Shown here: positions 37,001 through 49,420 of the stretch, piece after piece | Layout: every line of letters begins with the position of its first letter | Position numbering within the stretch: the stretch's first letter is position 1 | Assembly (NCBI GenBank): GCA_964276515.1 | Contig: OZ193909.1 | Span: 2,542,001-2,606,000 of the forward strand | DNA: 64,000 nt | Direction: 5' to 3' | Source: Gordius albopunctatus | Lineage: Eukaryota | Translations under genes and position numbers: made by a program | The notes under the pieces: generated by a model | The model's database searches: none | What the model saw: the letters and a program-made list of their open reading frames with translations, nothing else | What the model was told of the DNA's origin: nothing

Positions 37001-40000
37001 GACGGTGCGGGCAACAAAATAATCGGGTGAGGTTCAAAAAATATTATAGCATTAGCCCGGGTTGGACTCGAACCTAAATTATGGACCGATTAAAAATATT
37101 TTATCGGGAATTGTTAATTTAAATACTTGACTTACATTTATCCGTTTTTATGCGTTTCCATTTAAAGGAAAAGGCTGCAAATTTTAAAAACACTTTCGAA
37201 ACGTAATTTTTTAGAGTCGGAAAATAACTTCTTGACAATATAAGGAATTTCGGAACAAATCAGAACTTAATATTATTTTTATAAATCGATAAAAACCGAT
37301 AAATTTTGATAGAGACCTTAGTGATATAAATGTGTTAATTAGTGCCCACTCATCTCTTACTGCGACATTATAATCATTAATGAATAAAGCGATTGGCATA
37401 AAAGTCAAAGTTTGAATAGTTAAATTTTAATAATAACTTTCCGTGACGAAATTGGCATCATTTGTTTAAAAATCAATAAACACAAAGAGTTGCGACAATC
37501 ACAGAATTATACTGTGAGTAAATTACAAAATTTTATTAAAATGCGGCCACACTATTATAATTCGAGCACTGATAAGCTTTTTGACTTAAGAAATTTACAT
37601 TTATTATATATGATGATACAATTCATATCCAAATCATACAATACAAATTATAAAAATACTAGTTTGAGTGGTCACATAGTAGTATTATGTATAAATTTTC
37701 ATTTTTAATCCCAAAATTTTATTGTGTCGCCAAGTGAATATTTATTCGTGCCTTTCCGATCAAACATATCAACGAGAAATAAGGATCCCTGCAAAATGGT
37801 CATTTGTCCAAGCTCAACCCGAGTCCGAAATGTGTCTTAATTTTTATGGTAAAAACGGTCGGAGATTTTAATTTTAACTTTTTATCATATAAGTGTATAA
37901 AGAAATTGATTGCTGGCATTTAATCAGCTATATTTAACGAAAGTATGCGACTTATAATATATTGTATAATAAAGAGTGTGAAGCCTTCTATCTAACTAAT
38001 AAATTATACTACGCATAATTTTTCTATCTATATGTAAATATATTTAAAAAAAACATACGAAAAAGAAATTTATAAAGGTGTTAGGTGCTTTTACAGACTC
38101 AAAAGTTTCCCTTAAATAATACATCATCCAATTAAATCCAAGTAGGACAGGGACACCAAAAGTGAGTCTATAAATTGCATTGATCCGTTTATAAACGTTT
38201 AGAAACGTACGCAGGGCGAGCGTAGCGAGTTTTGGGTTTGTTTCAAGCCGATATAGGGCTTTGAGTCGAGCTGCCATGCCAGATACCCACGTGTTGTTCG
38301 GGTACAAAATAGGGGTAGAAGACGCTATATTTTTCCGTAAATTTTACAAAAACCAGCAGCGATTTTAGGTCTAGTAATATTAAACTAAACAAAGTTAGTA
38401 GCTTGGTCCTCAAAAATTTATTTTGACCATATACCATATTTAGCGTGACTAGAAACTAAACCATCGTTATTAGCGCGATGTGTATTTTGACATAAATGAT
38501 GTATCTTTATTTTCTGGAGGCCACGAGCGAGCACCATTTAGCCAAACTTAATCGTATAAGCAACTTTTGCAAAATTTATGGATAGGTCGATATTTCGGAT
38601 CACTTTTGCAAAGGCTATTGAATAATTAATTGTCGCTTTGTGTGATATTGTTTAATGCTAATATAACAATTGGCAGCGTATTAAAAGCTTTTCAGCTTAT
38701 ATACAGCTACATTAAGGGGTTCACGAAGTATGAAAATACTTCAAGACACGCTGATTTAACTAAGGCAATTTCTTCGTTAAAAAGAAAGAAACGGAATAAC
38801 TAAGGAGTCGAATAAACAAATTAATCCTAGAGAAAAAAATGGCTCGGGATTTGTATGAAGTATGAAATTTCAAGAAAAATATTCCCCTTTTTCGACACGA
38901 GTGTCTTTTCAATCTAACAAGGGGTCTGTGATCAAAACTCTTAAAATTTAAAAAATCATCAATTAAAAATTATTTAAAATTAAGGTTATCGAAAATTTTT
39001 GAAAATATTCACCACTTGAATCTCATAATTAAGCCCATACTTTTAATATTTTTGAGTAAAAATCGTTATTTTTAACCTCGACAATAAGAATGGCACGTCC
39101 AAATCGCAATTAGTTGAATGGATCGGAGCCATAATAATTTATTGAAATTCATTTCGTTGGGATTGATATGGAATCTGAAGATACTAATATCCCTCTTGTA
39201 TTATTGGAATGTGAAGTCTTCTCTTACCCTTTTCCGACTAACTAATCATTTATTCAAGATCAAACGTTTTAAAAGAACTAAACCCCAGCTGTTTTATTTC
39301 CCTTACCCGTAGAAAGCCCAAAGTATCTAACTTAACCTCTTCGCAAATCGACAAGGCAGGAGGGGGGTTTGATTCAATAAAAAAATTAACATTCCGATTT
39401 GTCATTATTAACGATATTCATTAGCTGGTCGGCGATGGCGCTGTAAATTATCGGCAAAAAAAGCATAAAAATCAATTGAGTCGCAAATTATAAAAGGGTC
39501 GACCTATAGGTGTCAATAGGATAATTAAGAACGACGTTTATAGTCCAAATTGGCGACACCCCTAACTATTGTACTAACCATTGTCACCAACGCATGATTA
39601 TTATTAAAGGCGATGGGGGGGGGCAGAGGGGTGATGATTTATGTGGTAAGTATGGGTTAATTTAAATGTCATAATCTCCACGTACCCTGTCATATAATAG
39701 CCTTGATTAGCAGCACGATAGGGGATGAAGGGATTAACAGGGGAGATGAAGGAGGGTTTGTAAATTTTGGCAGTGAATGTAATTTAATCTCACTTCATTC
39801 CTAAGGATTCGTTGTCGGTGCACCAATCTACCGCCATTTTTATTAAGCATGTTTGTTAAGGGTGCGCTAGTGTCGTAAAAATGGGTGGGTTTTCCAAAGG
39901 TTTTTTGGTCTATTTTTCTTAGTCGCATAAATAGCCCTTTGGTCTTTTTAAGTTTAGTCGACTTAAACCATAGCATAGATAGACTAATAAAACCATAGAG

Positions 40001-43000
40001 TGCCGAACAGCTGATAATAATCTTTCAGCAAGTATAGAAACCGCCATTTTGTGGGAAATTGTAACCAAACAGTAGAAGAAGTCAACAAAATTTATTGTTT
40101 AATTTTACTTATTTTTTTACAATTTATAAGTTAAGCTAATAGTCCTATTTATTTTCTTAAATATTATATGGTGGAGAGGCATAAATATACGTCTGTGTTT
40201 GAGTTTTTCCAACAAGATGCCAGCTATAATGGTGTATGAATGATTTTAATACAAAAATCAGCTGTTCGGCATTCTATGGTTTTATTAGTCTATGACTTAT
40301 TAAACCAAAGGTCGACCAAACAAAATCCTGCCATTTTTACAAAACTAGCGTGCTCTAATGAATTTCCCAACTTACAATGGATTTAGGGGGGGGGGCAGTC
40401 GCCCCTCTCCGCCACCCCCTGGCTACGTCCATGTTTAAGCATGCAAATAAGGTGGCTGAAAGTTGGCGAGGTTTATTAATATAATAACATTTTTCCACTT
40501 TGAAGAATACTATATTCATTTATTTTGACTCACAGTTTTTGAATAAAATGCTACCGATTTAGCTTTAAAGACACCAATTGGTTAATGTTATAAAATAAGA
40601 GACAAACCAATGTGATTTTTAAATTACGGAATAATTTCACTCCAATCTTTATGTATAAACTTTGTTAAACATAACTAAAAGCATTTATTTATATAGCATA
40701 TCAAGCCTCTTTTGAAAATCCATTTTTCCTTGCCACCGCTTTTAAACAGCGATTTATATTGGAACCCTGCAGAATATATTTCCTTAGATCTGGCCCGGCC
40801 CGATGTCTCAATTTTTAGATTTCCCGAGCCGAACTGATGTTGGCCCGATTTTTTTAAATAAAAACGCGTAGGCATTAAATCATATTTCATAAATTGTTAG
40901 TTTGCTTGGGTTTAATTCGGGCCGGGTTCGTGCCTGTATAAAGGATTAACATTGAATAATATCATAATAATTCCTTTTACAAAGTTAAAAATGCGTATTG
41001 TCTAACTTTTGATAATATTTTTTTTTAAATCTAATTTTTAAAATTTTAGAGATGAATCATTTTCAAGTAGCATTTTATAAGTATGGTTGTGTATATAACT
41101 AGAATGTGCAAAACACTAAGTTTAACCTTTAGTTTGCTTTTCACGCGGAATTTTGTAGAGGCATGGATGGTTATAAATAAAATTTCTCAAATCACGACAA
41201 GCCAACCCGTAAGTCTTGATAAAGCTGAGATCTTGTTCTTGGTCGCTCCTATTTTTGAGGGAATACGTATCACAGGTACAGGCTGGCGAAAAAAAGGGTT
41301 GATGATGCAAGGCTTTTAAAGATTTTTGGCAGTGTTTTATACTTCCAGATTTGCATTTGGTTCCTGTAATAGAAATCATTCAATAACGACGATATACCTA
41401 TAAAAACGAATTTAATCATCATGGACATGCCCTTGCCAAAGGTGGGGGGGGCAGAGACGGGCGGCTGCCCCACTCCGAAATCCAAAACTTTGTGAAAACT
41501 TGTAAAATTATGGCTAAAATTTCAAGAAATTATCATTTTGCCCTTCCCTAAATCCTTATTGCTCCCTTCTAATTCCAATGCTGGCTAAGCCCGTGGTAAT
41601 GGACTTGGCGCATTTTACTTAAAGGAGGGGCATAATGTGTGATAACAACTAAAGGAAGGGTAAAATTAATCATTTACAATAAGTTTAAACTTAGGGGAAC
41701 ACGGTCTCCTTGCCCCTCCTTGACTACCCTCGAGGGTGCTGAAATGAAACTAGGTATGATGATCGCTAAATTTGGGACGATTTAAAGTAGTAAACCTAAT
41801 CTCTATCATGCCTTTACATGGGCATAGCCCCCTCCCTCTAAATGACAAAAAAAATTTCACTGCAAAAACCCGAAAAATTAAAAAAAAATTATGAACCCGG
41901 CTACGACCATGCGCCTTTGGATTTGGACTATTAATGATTTAAGGTGGGAATAATATTAATTTTTGAAATGCTTCCCCTAATTTTGTCAAGATTTAATAAT
42001 TTTGGATTAGGGGGAGGGACATTTGGCCCTCTTAGCCTGCCTTGGCTACGCACGACTAGGTTGTTAAATTTTGTCAGACGGTGAGTGGACGGATACACGT
42101 TTAAGCTGAGTCATATGATCCCATTATGCCCCATTCATTGTCAAAATCTATGAATTTGAAATTGTTTCACGTCCTAATAAGTCATTATTCTAATCTGTAG
42201 TAGGGGCCTTACCAGGATTTGAATCAGAGGGGAGGGGCTAATAATAATTCGATCAATTTTTTTGGAAGTTTATTTCCAAATAATTATGCATGTTATAATA
42301 TGCTAAAATATATTAAATAAATGGGCTGCTGGCATGGAGCCATGGATTGAGATTGTATTAGATTTTACAATTTCCACGGTGATTTTCTGCTTGATGTAGA
42401 AAAATTCTTTGGGATCGTGTGTGATGGAGGTTATTGAATTATTTGAAATTTAAAGCACAATTTTAATAGATAAATTAAATGTAAGGGGGGAACTGTCCCT
42501 CCTTGCCCCCCCCTCTGGCTATGCCCATAACCTAAAGCATGAGAAACATGAGATTACACGGATACAAAACTAACTTCAGTTTTTTGATAAATATTTATAT
42601 AGTATTAAATCGATGTGTTTTTGAGTAATGATTAACGTATGTATTACCTGAGGGATTTTTACAAGATCTAAAAGCGTATTCCAAAAGAGATCCACATATA
42701 TTTGCATTTGTTAATTGACATTTTTCCTTAGCTTTCAGACAATCCATTATTCCATCCACCCATGCAACCAACAAACCTGTGCATTCATCCACGTATAAAA
42801 TTAATTTAAGGTAAATTGCGGATAAATTTTCTTAAAGACTCTTGAATACAGTTCGAGGGGGGCGAGTTTTTTTTAAGTAATTTATGAAATGGCAATATTA
42901 ATTTCGTTAAGTTTATAAAATTTTTAAAAATTGAAATGGGCCACTTCGTACCATCTATCATGTCCATTATAACATATCCAAAGGAGAAAACGAAAGTTTT

Positions 43001-45180
43001 TGAGTATAAAATATAACAAATGAATCTTTCTATTTGAATACACATTTAGAGGTCATAACTATAAACAATTACATTCAAATTAGCACACGAAACGATACTA
43101 TACAATATACATTACACCCAATATCGAGTAACTCTCATTAAATACATTTCATTTTAAAATATAATTGAACGAAGCTTTACTAGAATACTGCACACATTCA
43201 TTTAAAGTTTTTCTGCAACGCAACATTCTAAATTAACAAGACAAGACTTTATTCATAACGACATTTTTCCTAGAAGGGATCGGCTTAAAGGCTTAGCAAC
43301 TCAAACATCTCGCCAGGTCCGGGCGGGCCATATCAACGACAATTTGGCTTTTAGTCAACATTTGCTAATTATTATTAACTCAGCTTTGTTGTCCATATAA
43401 ATAGCTAAAAAATGGTATTATTAATATAGCCCGTTAGGGTGTAAATGTCTTCTTGTCTAAGATAGAAACTTAGTTTTATTTAAGTAATTTCCACGGAAAA
43501 AATGCTAATAAATGCTAAAAAATGACAAGTTGGACAGGATAGGACGGACGGACAGTCAAATACGAGCCCCTAAATTGTATAGCAATTAACAAAAAGCTAA
43601 GAACCAGTACAAATTTTTAGAGGAACTTGAAGCTTAAATAACTCAAACAAACCCTCCAAAAATCAATTTTTATCGAAATCTATTTGCACCATAGAAAGTT
43701 GAGTTATATTATTATTACTACATGGATTGAGGAGGAGTAAATGAATCAAGCTAAACCATTCATTTATCCTCTCCTTGGCAGGGGGAAGAGTCCTTTTATC
43801 GCGATCTCAGATGTTATCGGTTCTCCTTCCAACTTAATTCTCAAGGGGGGAATGGCGATTGATCCCAAATCAAATGATGAAATCAGTATGGTATAATATT
43901 ACACATCACTATATATTTTTATTTTATAGCTTTTAGAAGTGACATGACGATTACTGTAATAATTATTTATTGATTGTGGTTCTCTATCCAAATTTAAAGT
44001 TGAAAACGATAAAAAAATCTTGATCAGAGGATATGAAAGATGAATACATAAATTTTGCAATTTAAATAAATTATTTTAAAATTAGGATTTTGCCAGATGG
44101 GCGTAGCCAAGGGGAGGGGCAAGTAGGTGCTGCTGCCCCCCCCCCTCTATATCCAAAAATTTGTTAAAATTCATTAAAATTATGGCCAAAATTTCAAAAA
44201 ATTATCATCTCGCCCCCCTTAAATCATTATTGCCCCCCTCTAATTCCAATCCAATGCTGGCTACTCACATGACCAGATATATTATGTATTATGGGTGAGA
44301 TTGCTTGTCAGAGTAAGGTAGGTCATGCATCAGCAAGGATATCGGGGTGCAATTAAACCCCAGTTATCCATACATTTAAATTAATAGAGTAATTAGATGG
44401 GCCAAAAAAGAATAAAATATGATTTGGAATATACCATTAATAGTTAACTTTAGGTAAAACTTATTGTTTTCGAATTAGATAAACTTTATATGATCCTTTT
44501 TAAAACCCGACCTTCGACCAAGATCTCGAGTCGGATCTGGAGCGGGTTGAAAAATAGTGATTTTGTCTTACCAATTAAAAAATATTAAATGATTGCTCGA
44601 TTAAAATTTTTTTATTTCAGATCAAATTTATTTAATTAAAATTTTACCGATTAATTTGCAAGTTATTGACGTTTGAAAATGCCAAAATCGCTGTTTTTAG
44701 CAACTTGGACAGCGAATATTTCAAAAACTTGAAGTACAGGGGAAAGAATATACAAATATATTCGCGTTCACTGCAAAAAACTCTACCAAAGTCTGCAAAC
44801 AGTTGACCAGTTCATTTTTCTTTCTAAAACGTTATATACTAGCATTCTATGCATGCATATTTTAATCAAATAAAGTGTCTACTGACTATTAACTTTTGAA
44901 TTTGAGTGTTGAAAGTTGGGAAAGCGTCAAAATATTCAACTAATAGCTTCATATTTGAATTAATATTTCAGACCCATTATACCAAAATCCCTCTATCAAA
45001 GTTAATGAAATTATTTTTTAAGAATTATACAAAAAAAATTACCAAGTGTAGGTTTTTGAAATAAAAAATATCATAAAAAACTAATATTTTATTTAAAAAC
45101 TTAATTCAAAGTACAATTTTGGAATATGAAAAATTTAACTCACATAAAATTTGCCAGAAGAATATTGATGAATACACCAT
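22085..45180 (-). CDS. Large secreted, probably GPI-anchored GFRa/GAS1-domain protein with six GDNF-receptor Cys-rich domains and RECK-like C-terminal modules (19 exons, ~1297 aa)
   Basis: Exons (minus strand) 45180-45144, 42776-42648, 41363-41127, 36217-36073, 35745-35621, 35087-34323, 33560-33519, 33120-32770, 32484-32160, 31934-31714, 31339-31133, 30671-30365, 30033-29816, 26657-26587, 26497-26377, 25625-25512, 24455-24322, 23765-23661 and 22324-22085. All have GT..AG ends and matching phases (3894 nt). Signal peptide MVYSSIFFWQILCLLVAWVDG; repeated GFRa cysteine pattern (e.g. CTIAHEICFASTPC..C..C..CWKTW..CSC..C..HNPC); hydrophobic C-terminal tail. Confidence 0.88.
24938..25140 (+). mobile_element. 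203-bp hAT-type MITE, family B
   Basis: ~35-bp TIR TAGAGTTGTTAAATTGCTAA(C/A)TTTCTT(C/A)AACTCCAG; perfect TSD GTACAGAC. Confidence 0.92.
27052..27475. mobile_element. hAT-like non-autonomous element with CCCG/CCGAA subterminal repeats
   Basis: Ends AGAGGTCA../..TCTGGTCTCTG, flanks ATACATAT/ATATATAT. Related fragments at ~18270-18380, 30725-31057 and 40790-40935. Confidence 0.65.
27658..29457 (+). mobile_element. Internally deleted hAT DNA transposon (Tip100/ZMYM1-type) in an intron of the GFRa-like gene
   Basis: Perfect 8-bp TSD GCTGGTCG at 27650-27657 and 29458-29465. Imperfect TIRs: left CAAGCACGTAGGGAAGGGGG versus right-end reverse complement CAAGGGCGTAGCCAAGA. Contains a transposase remnant. 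Confidence 0.9.
27909..29302 (+). pseudogene. hAT transposase pseudogene (5'-truncated, frameshift at ~28450, two short introns)
   Basis: RGQGYDGAPAMSG, YIHCASHNLN, LCETR and the dimerisation domain LATLPVTTCSNETCFSALKRLKTYLRNTMGQER. After removing the 34-nt intron 29172-29205 it continues LTGLTLLNVHR...RRY* (stop 29300-29302). In-frame 45-nt GT..AG intron at 28135-28179. Confidence 0.88.
33661..33863 (+). mobile_element. 203-bp MITE family B, inserted into a family C MITE (~33612-33998)
   Basis: Same TIR and interior as 24938-25140. The perfect TSD GGTTTTAG duplicates part of the host family C arm. Confidence 0.92.
39969..40294. mobile_element. TIR element (CATAGACTAATAAAACCATAGA.TGCCGAACAGCTGAT) nested in a family C MITE
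   Basis: ~35-bp inverted repeats at 39980-40015 and 40257-40294. Flanks ACTTAAAC / ACTTATTAAAC duplicate the host arm. A degraded relative lies at ~60443-60930. Confidence 0.75.
42257..42440 (-). mobile_element. Retroposon 3'-end fragment (AATAAA plus short A tail on the minus strand) inside a family A-like MITE
   Basis: TTTATTTCCAAATAATTATG..TGCTAAAATAT..GGATT..GATTTTACAATTTCC.GGTGATTTTCT recurs at 46529-46700 and partly at 25731-25770. Confidence 0.5.
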
Positions 45181-48100
45181 TTCCCAAAATCCAGGAGAGA
45201 ATTATGTGTAGAGATAATAATAATTAAACCAGATGACCTACGACCATGTCAAATAGATTTAAAAATCCCAATCTTTGACGAAATAACCATTTTCATATTA
45301 TTCGGGAAAATTTTTTCAATGATAAAATTAAATTATGATAAATTCTAAATAATAAGGACATTCTATAATATGATAAAATATCAAATTAGTAAAAATATTA
45401 TAAGGACTAAGGAGGAAGGGAATTTATAGATTTTGGCAAGGGGTGTTGATTTATTCTCTGATGTCGCATAGCATATGTAAGCCGATAAATTATCCTCATT
45501 TGTCAAACACGCCTACTTAATGAATTACACACAAATTAGTGATTTAAAAATAAATTTTTTAAGTTAAAAATTTTAAAAATCTTTTGAATTTTAAGATTTT
45601 ATATTGTGTCATGGACGTAGGCAGGTTTTGGATTAGGGGGGGGGGCAAATTTCGCCATTTAGGAGCCCCCTTGGCTACACGCGTGTATTGTGGCAAGTTA
45701 TTTAAAAGCCAACAAACCGTATAAATGCTTAAAAAATACATTTAAATTTCAATGTCAAGGTTAATCTAAATGATAGATTATAGTGATTTCGATTATTTAA
45801 AGTATTTTTAAAACGCGATGAAAGAAATATTAAACTAGTTAAATATTAAGAATAGCATTTTAAAATATATACCATTTACGCAAGTCATGAAAATAAAATC
45901 AAAAATACCGTGGTTAAGTAATGTTGAAGCAATTCAGTACGATCTACATTTTATTAAATAGCAAATTAACTTTTTCCTATTCGAACAATGCGGGAAACTT
46001 GAGGTGACATAGGATGCCAAATTCAAAATTGTAAATTTAATGGTGCAGATTTTACCATATGACTTCTATGAGCAGTATGAGGTTACTATAAATATAATCA
46101 ACGTCAAAAAATTATTAATTCCTCTTTATGAAAACTAAATCATGATTTATAGGAAGTTCGGAAAAATGAATTAAGTAGTAAAAAATTGTTTCACATAATA
46201 AAGCAGTTATTTTTAATTAAAGTTTCTTTTTCCAATCGTCAATGATACGATTGAATATAAATCTTTTGACGGTCAAATCCGAACCGATTCAATTATCTTC
46301 TCTGCGGTAATAATGCAATTTATGGGTCTATAGGTAGTTATAAATTTAAATGAAATTACGAGGTTTTCCCTAAAGAATAAGAGAATATATATCGCTTATT
46401 TGATTTAGGCTAATGTCATTTTTGGTCTAAATTGGTTAAAGGGCGTTAATAAAGATGAGTAAAATAGAGAATTACATTAAAAAGGATATTATAAGTTTAT
46501 TATTTATACCTATATTTTTTAAATAGAGATTTATTTCCAAATTATTATTGTGTATGAACCGTGCTAAAATATAATCAATTAATTAACAGGCATCATAGAG
46601 CTATGGATCGAAATTGTATTGGATTTTACAATTTCCCTGGTGATTTTCTACTTATTAAAAAATTATTTGCGGTCGTGTATAGTTGAGGAGGTAATAAATT
46701 TTGACTGTTTAAGGAATTAGCTACCCTCGAGACCTAAATAACTGAGGGTCGTGGCGATCAGTGGGGCTAAAGGTCGGACAAATAAAACCCAGCAGTTTTT
46801 ACACACTTTAGTATTTTTCGACTTTCCTTTTCTCCGAAGAAGAAGAACTGGTAATTCTTTGGACCTTCAGCATAAATTTAACATGAATTCATGGTTTTCA
46901 CTTTTTAAACATGTACAATTTGATAAATGATTAATTTTCTATAATACTTAATCCTTATGAACAAGATAGAGATTATTACTGTGTTTATAAATATAAAATT
47001 ATAAAAGGGTTTAAAATCAATTCAATGATTTCAGATCAAAATAATATTACAGCTCAATGTTTGCATCGTATAATTTTAAATTTCATCTCCGTTTAACTGC
47101 CGAAAAGGTCGAATTCCTCTCATATAAACCTAAACTACGAAATCTTATTTTTCCATAGCCAATCACACTAAAAATTCCCCTATAATTCAGCAAAAGGCTT
47201 TGATTTTGGATCTTGCACATTTTAAGATCAGCTTTATAAGGCATATGGCTAATTATTTCTTTTCAAAATCTCTTCGTATCAATACATTCATTCCATAGTT
47301 ATACTTCTATGTAGATAGGAATTGGAAGCCACAGATTTATTTGGGTTGATGAGAATAACGAAAATGTTTTTATTAACACCGAACTAAATAGATATAAGAT
47401 ATTTACGATGATTATTTTGAAGTCAGGGACATGATTAAAACAAAGAAATAGAAAAGATCCTACATATAAATATTATACTCATTTATAAAAGCAATTATTA
47501 ACCATAAGAATTTATTTCAAAAGGCCTATTTTCTAGTTTTTTTTTGAGTTCCACTAAGGTGGTGGACTTATTTATTAAGGAAATTAAAAAAAATTTATGA
47601 CAAAAACAACTTTTCGGCCGATCATACATACCATTCAATATTTAAAAGGAAATAGGCGGTCCATTTAATTTTGAAATTTAATCCTGGGCTGGGAACACAA
47701 TGCGCCTACCGCAAATCTCATAAATTTATATTAAAAATTGATTAATTAATTCCCCACTTCAAAGGGATTATATTTATCAAAGGTGAAGATAAGATCATTT
47801 CATTACTTTTTCCAAAATTTAGCCGCCTATTGACCAGTTCTTTCAGTGGATCGACCAAGAGAATAGTTATTAATATGGTTTTAGTGCAGCAAAGTAGTCA
47901 AGATTTATGGGTCATCAAAGTTAAATAAGTGTACCGTTTTTTCCCCCATTTTGAAATGTGCACATAAAAGTCTTAATAGTGTTTTTAAAACTTAATGAAA
48001 ATATTTTGAAATATTTAAAAATAAAAAACAGAATTTTGATATATATACTATTTACAAGATTCATATGAATACTGAGGTAATGTGATGTCATAGCAATTTA

Positions 48101-48773
48101 ATACCATCTGCGATTTACTAAAAAATTATTTAAAACATTCATTTTCATTTATTAATCACTGAGAAAGGTAGATTCACTTTTCTGTTTGACCGATGATGAA
48201 GACTGCAGAAAGATTTGAAAGATCGCCAAATTCAAAATGGTGGATTTAATCTTACAGATTTTACCATGTGATGAAAGAAACATATGACATGATGAGCAGT
48301 CTATGTAATCTAGGAGCCGGGCATAACTTTGATCAAAAAGGCCAAGGGCCAACCCAAGCAAACAAAATTTTTATTTATGCGACCACATGTCCTTTATATC
48401 TTGAAGATGGCCTTCTACAGCCTGTAATTATGGAGTCCCTCTACTCACTTTATCAATCCAATCTCGACAACTATAATTGATTGACAGTATAAAATTCCTT
48501 TTAATATAATGCTGATTTTAAAGTAATAAATAATGTACAGTCGCATGGGGGTAGCCAGAAGTGGACTTAGGGGTAATAATATTTAGGGAGGGGCAAAATG
48601 GTGATTTTTTGAAATTTTAGCGATAATTATATCAAAAAGAATTTTGGATAGGGGGCAGCGGACCCTTCTCGCCACCCCTGCCTATCCTCATGTGCAGCCA
48701 GTTGTAAGATTCAAAGATATTTAAAAACTTCGAATTATTGAATATTTGTTGTGCATTACGTTACATTGAACTA

Positions 48774-48895
48774 CATGGGCGTAGGGGGTGGGGCAAAATG
48801 ATCATTTATTTGAAATTTTAGCGATAATTTTAATAAATTTCAACAAATTTTTGGATTTAGAGGGGGGCAGTTGCCCCTCCTCGGCTACACCCATG
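48774..48895 (+). mobile_element. MITE family A (CATGGGCGTAGCC TIR), representative copy
   Basis: TIR CATGGGCGTAG..CTACACCCATG; perfect TSD TTGAACTA. The interior GGGGCAAAATGATCATTTTTTGAAATTTTAGCCATAATT is shared with copies at about 10116-10252, 15371-15500, 30154-30318, 31423-31560, 35173-35320, 35418-35588, 36458-36600, 41426-41595, 44097-44271, 48544-48692, 51558-51691 and 56508-56580. Confidence 0.88.
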
Positions 48896-49420
48896 TTGAA
48901 CTATACTTAAAGATATTTAAACTAGTCAAGAACCAAATTACGAACTCCTTCATGATATTATAGAACAAAAAGCTAACTAAGAAATATAAAGGCAAATATT
49001 TAACAATATATTATAATCTATTATCCTTAATGTAAAAACTTAGTTTCTTATAAATACAATTCACCCAAAAATTACAACAATTTTATGGTTTTCCTTTATA
49101 ATTGATCAAAAATGCATTCATATAAATAGCGGATAGACGAAATGTTTTAATAATAACGATTTGCTATATGATAAAGGTATGCAATAATTTTTGAGATATA
49201 ACAATTTCCACCTAATTTTGTTCAATAAAAAAGTTTGCGACAATTTTTTCATTCAAGGTTTGCGAAATGAGTAAATATATATATAGCAAAATAGCGTGTT
49301 TTTCACCTTTTAAGGTTAAAAAATGTCCAATTTTTACAAAAATATATACTAAAATTAACGTGGTTCCATGATTGCTATGAGCAAAAAAATATTTTATGCG
49401 TAAAAAATGTGGAGAATATT

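Noticed and set aside
48152..48480. GC-richer stretch with two short ORFs
   Set aside because: No recognisable motif or splice-consistent partner exons; possibly decayed TE but unsupported.
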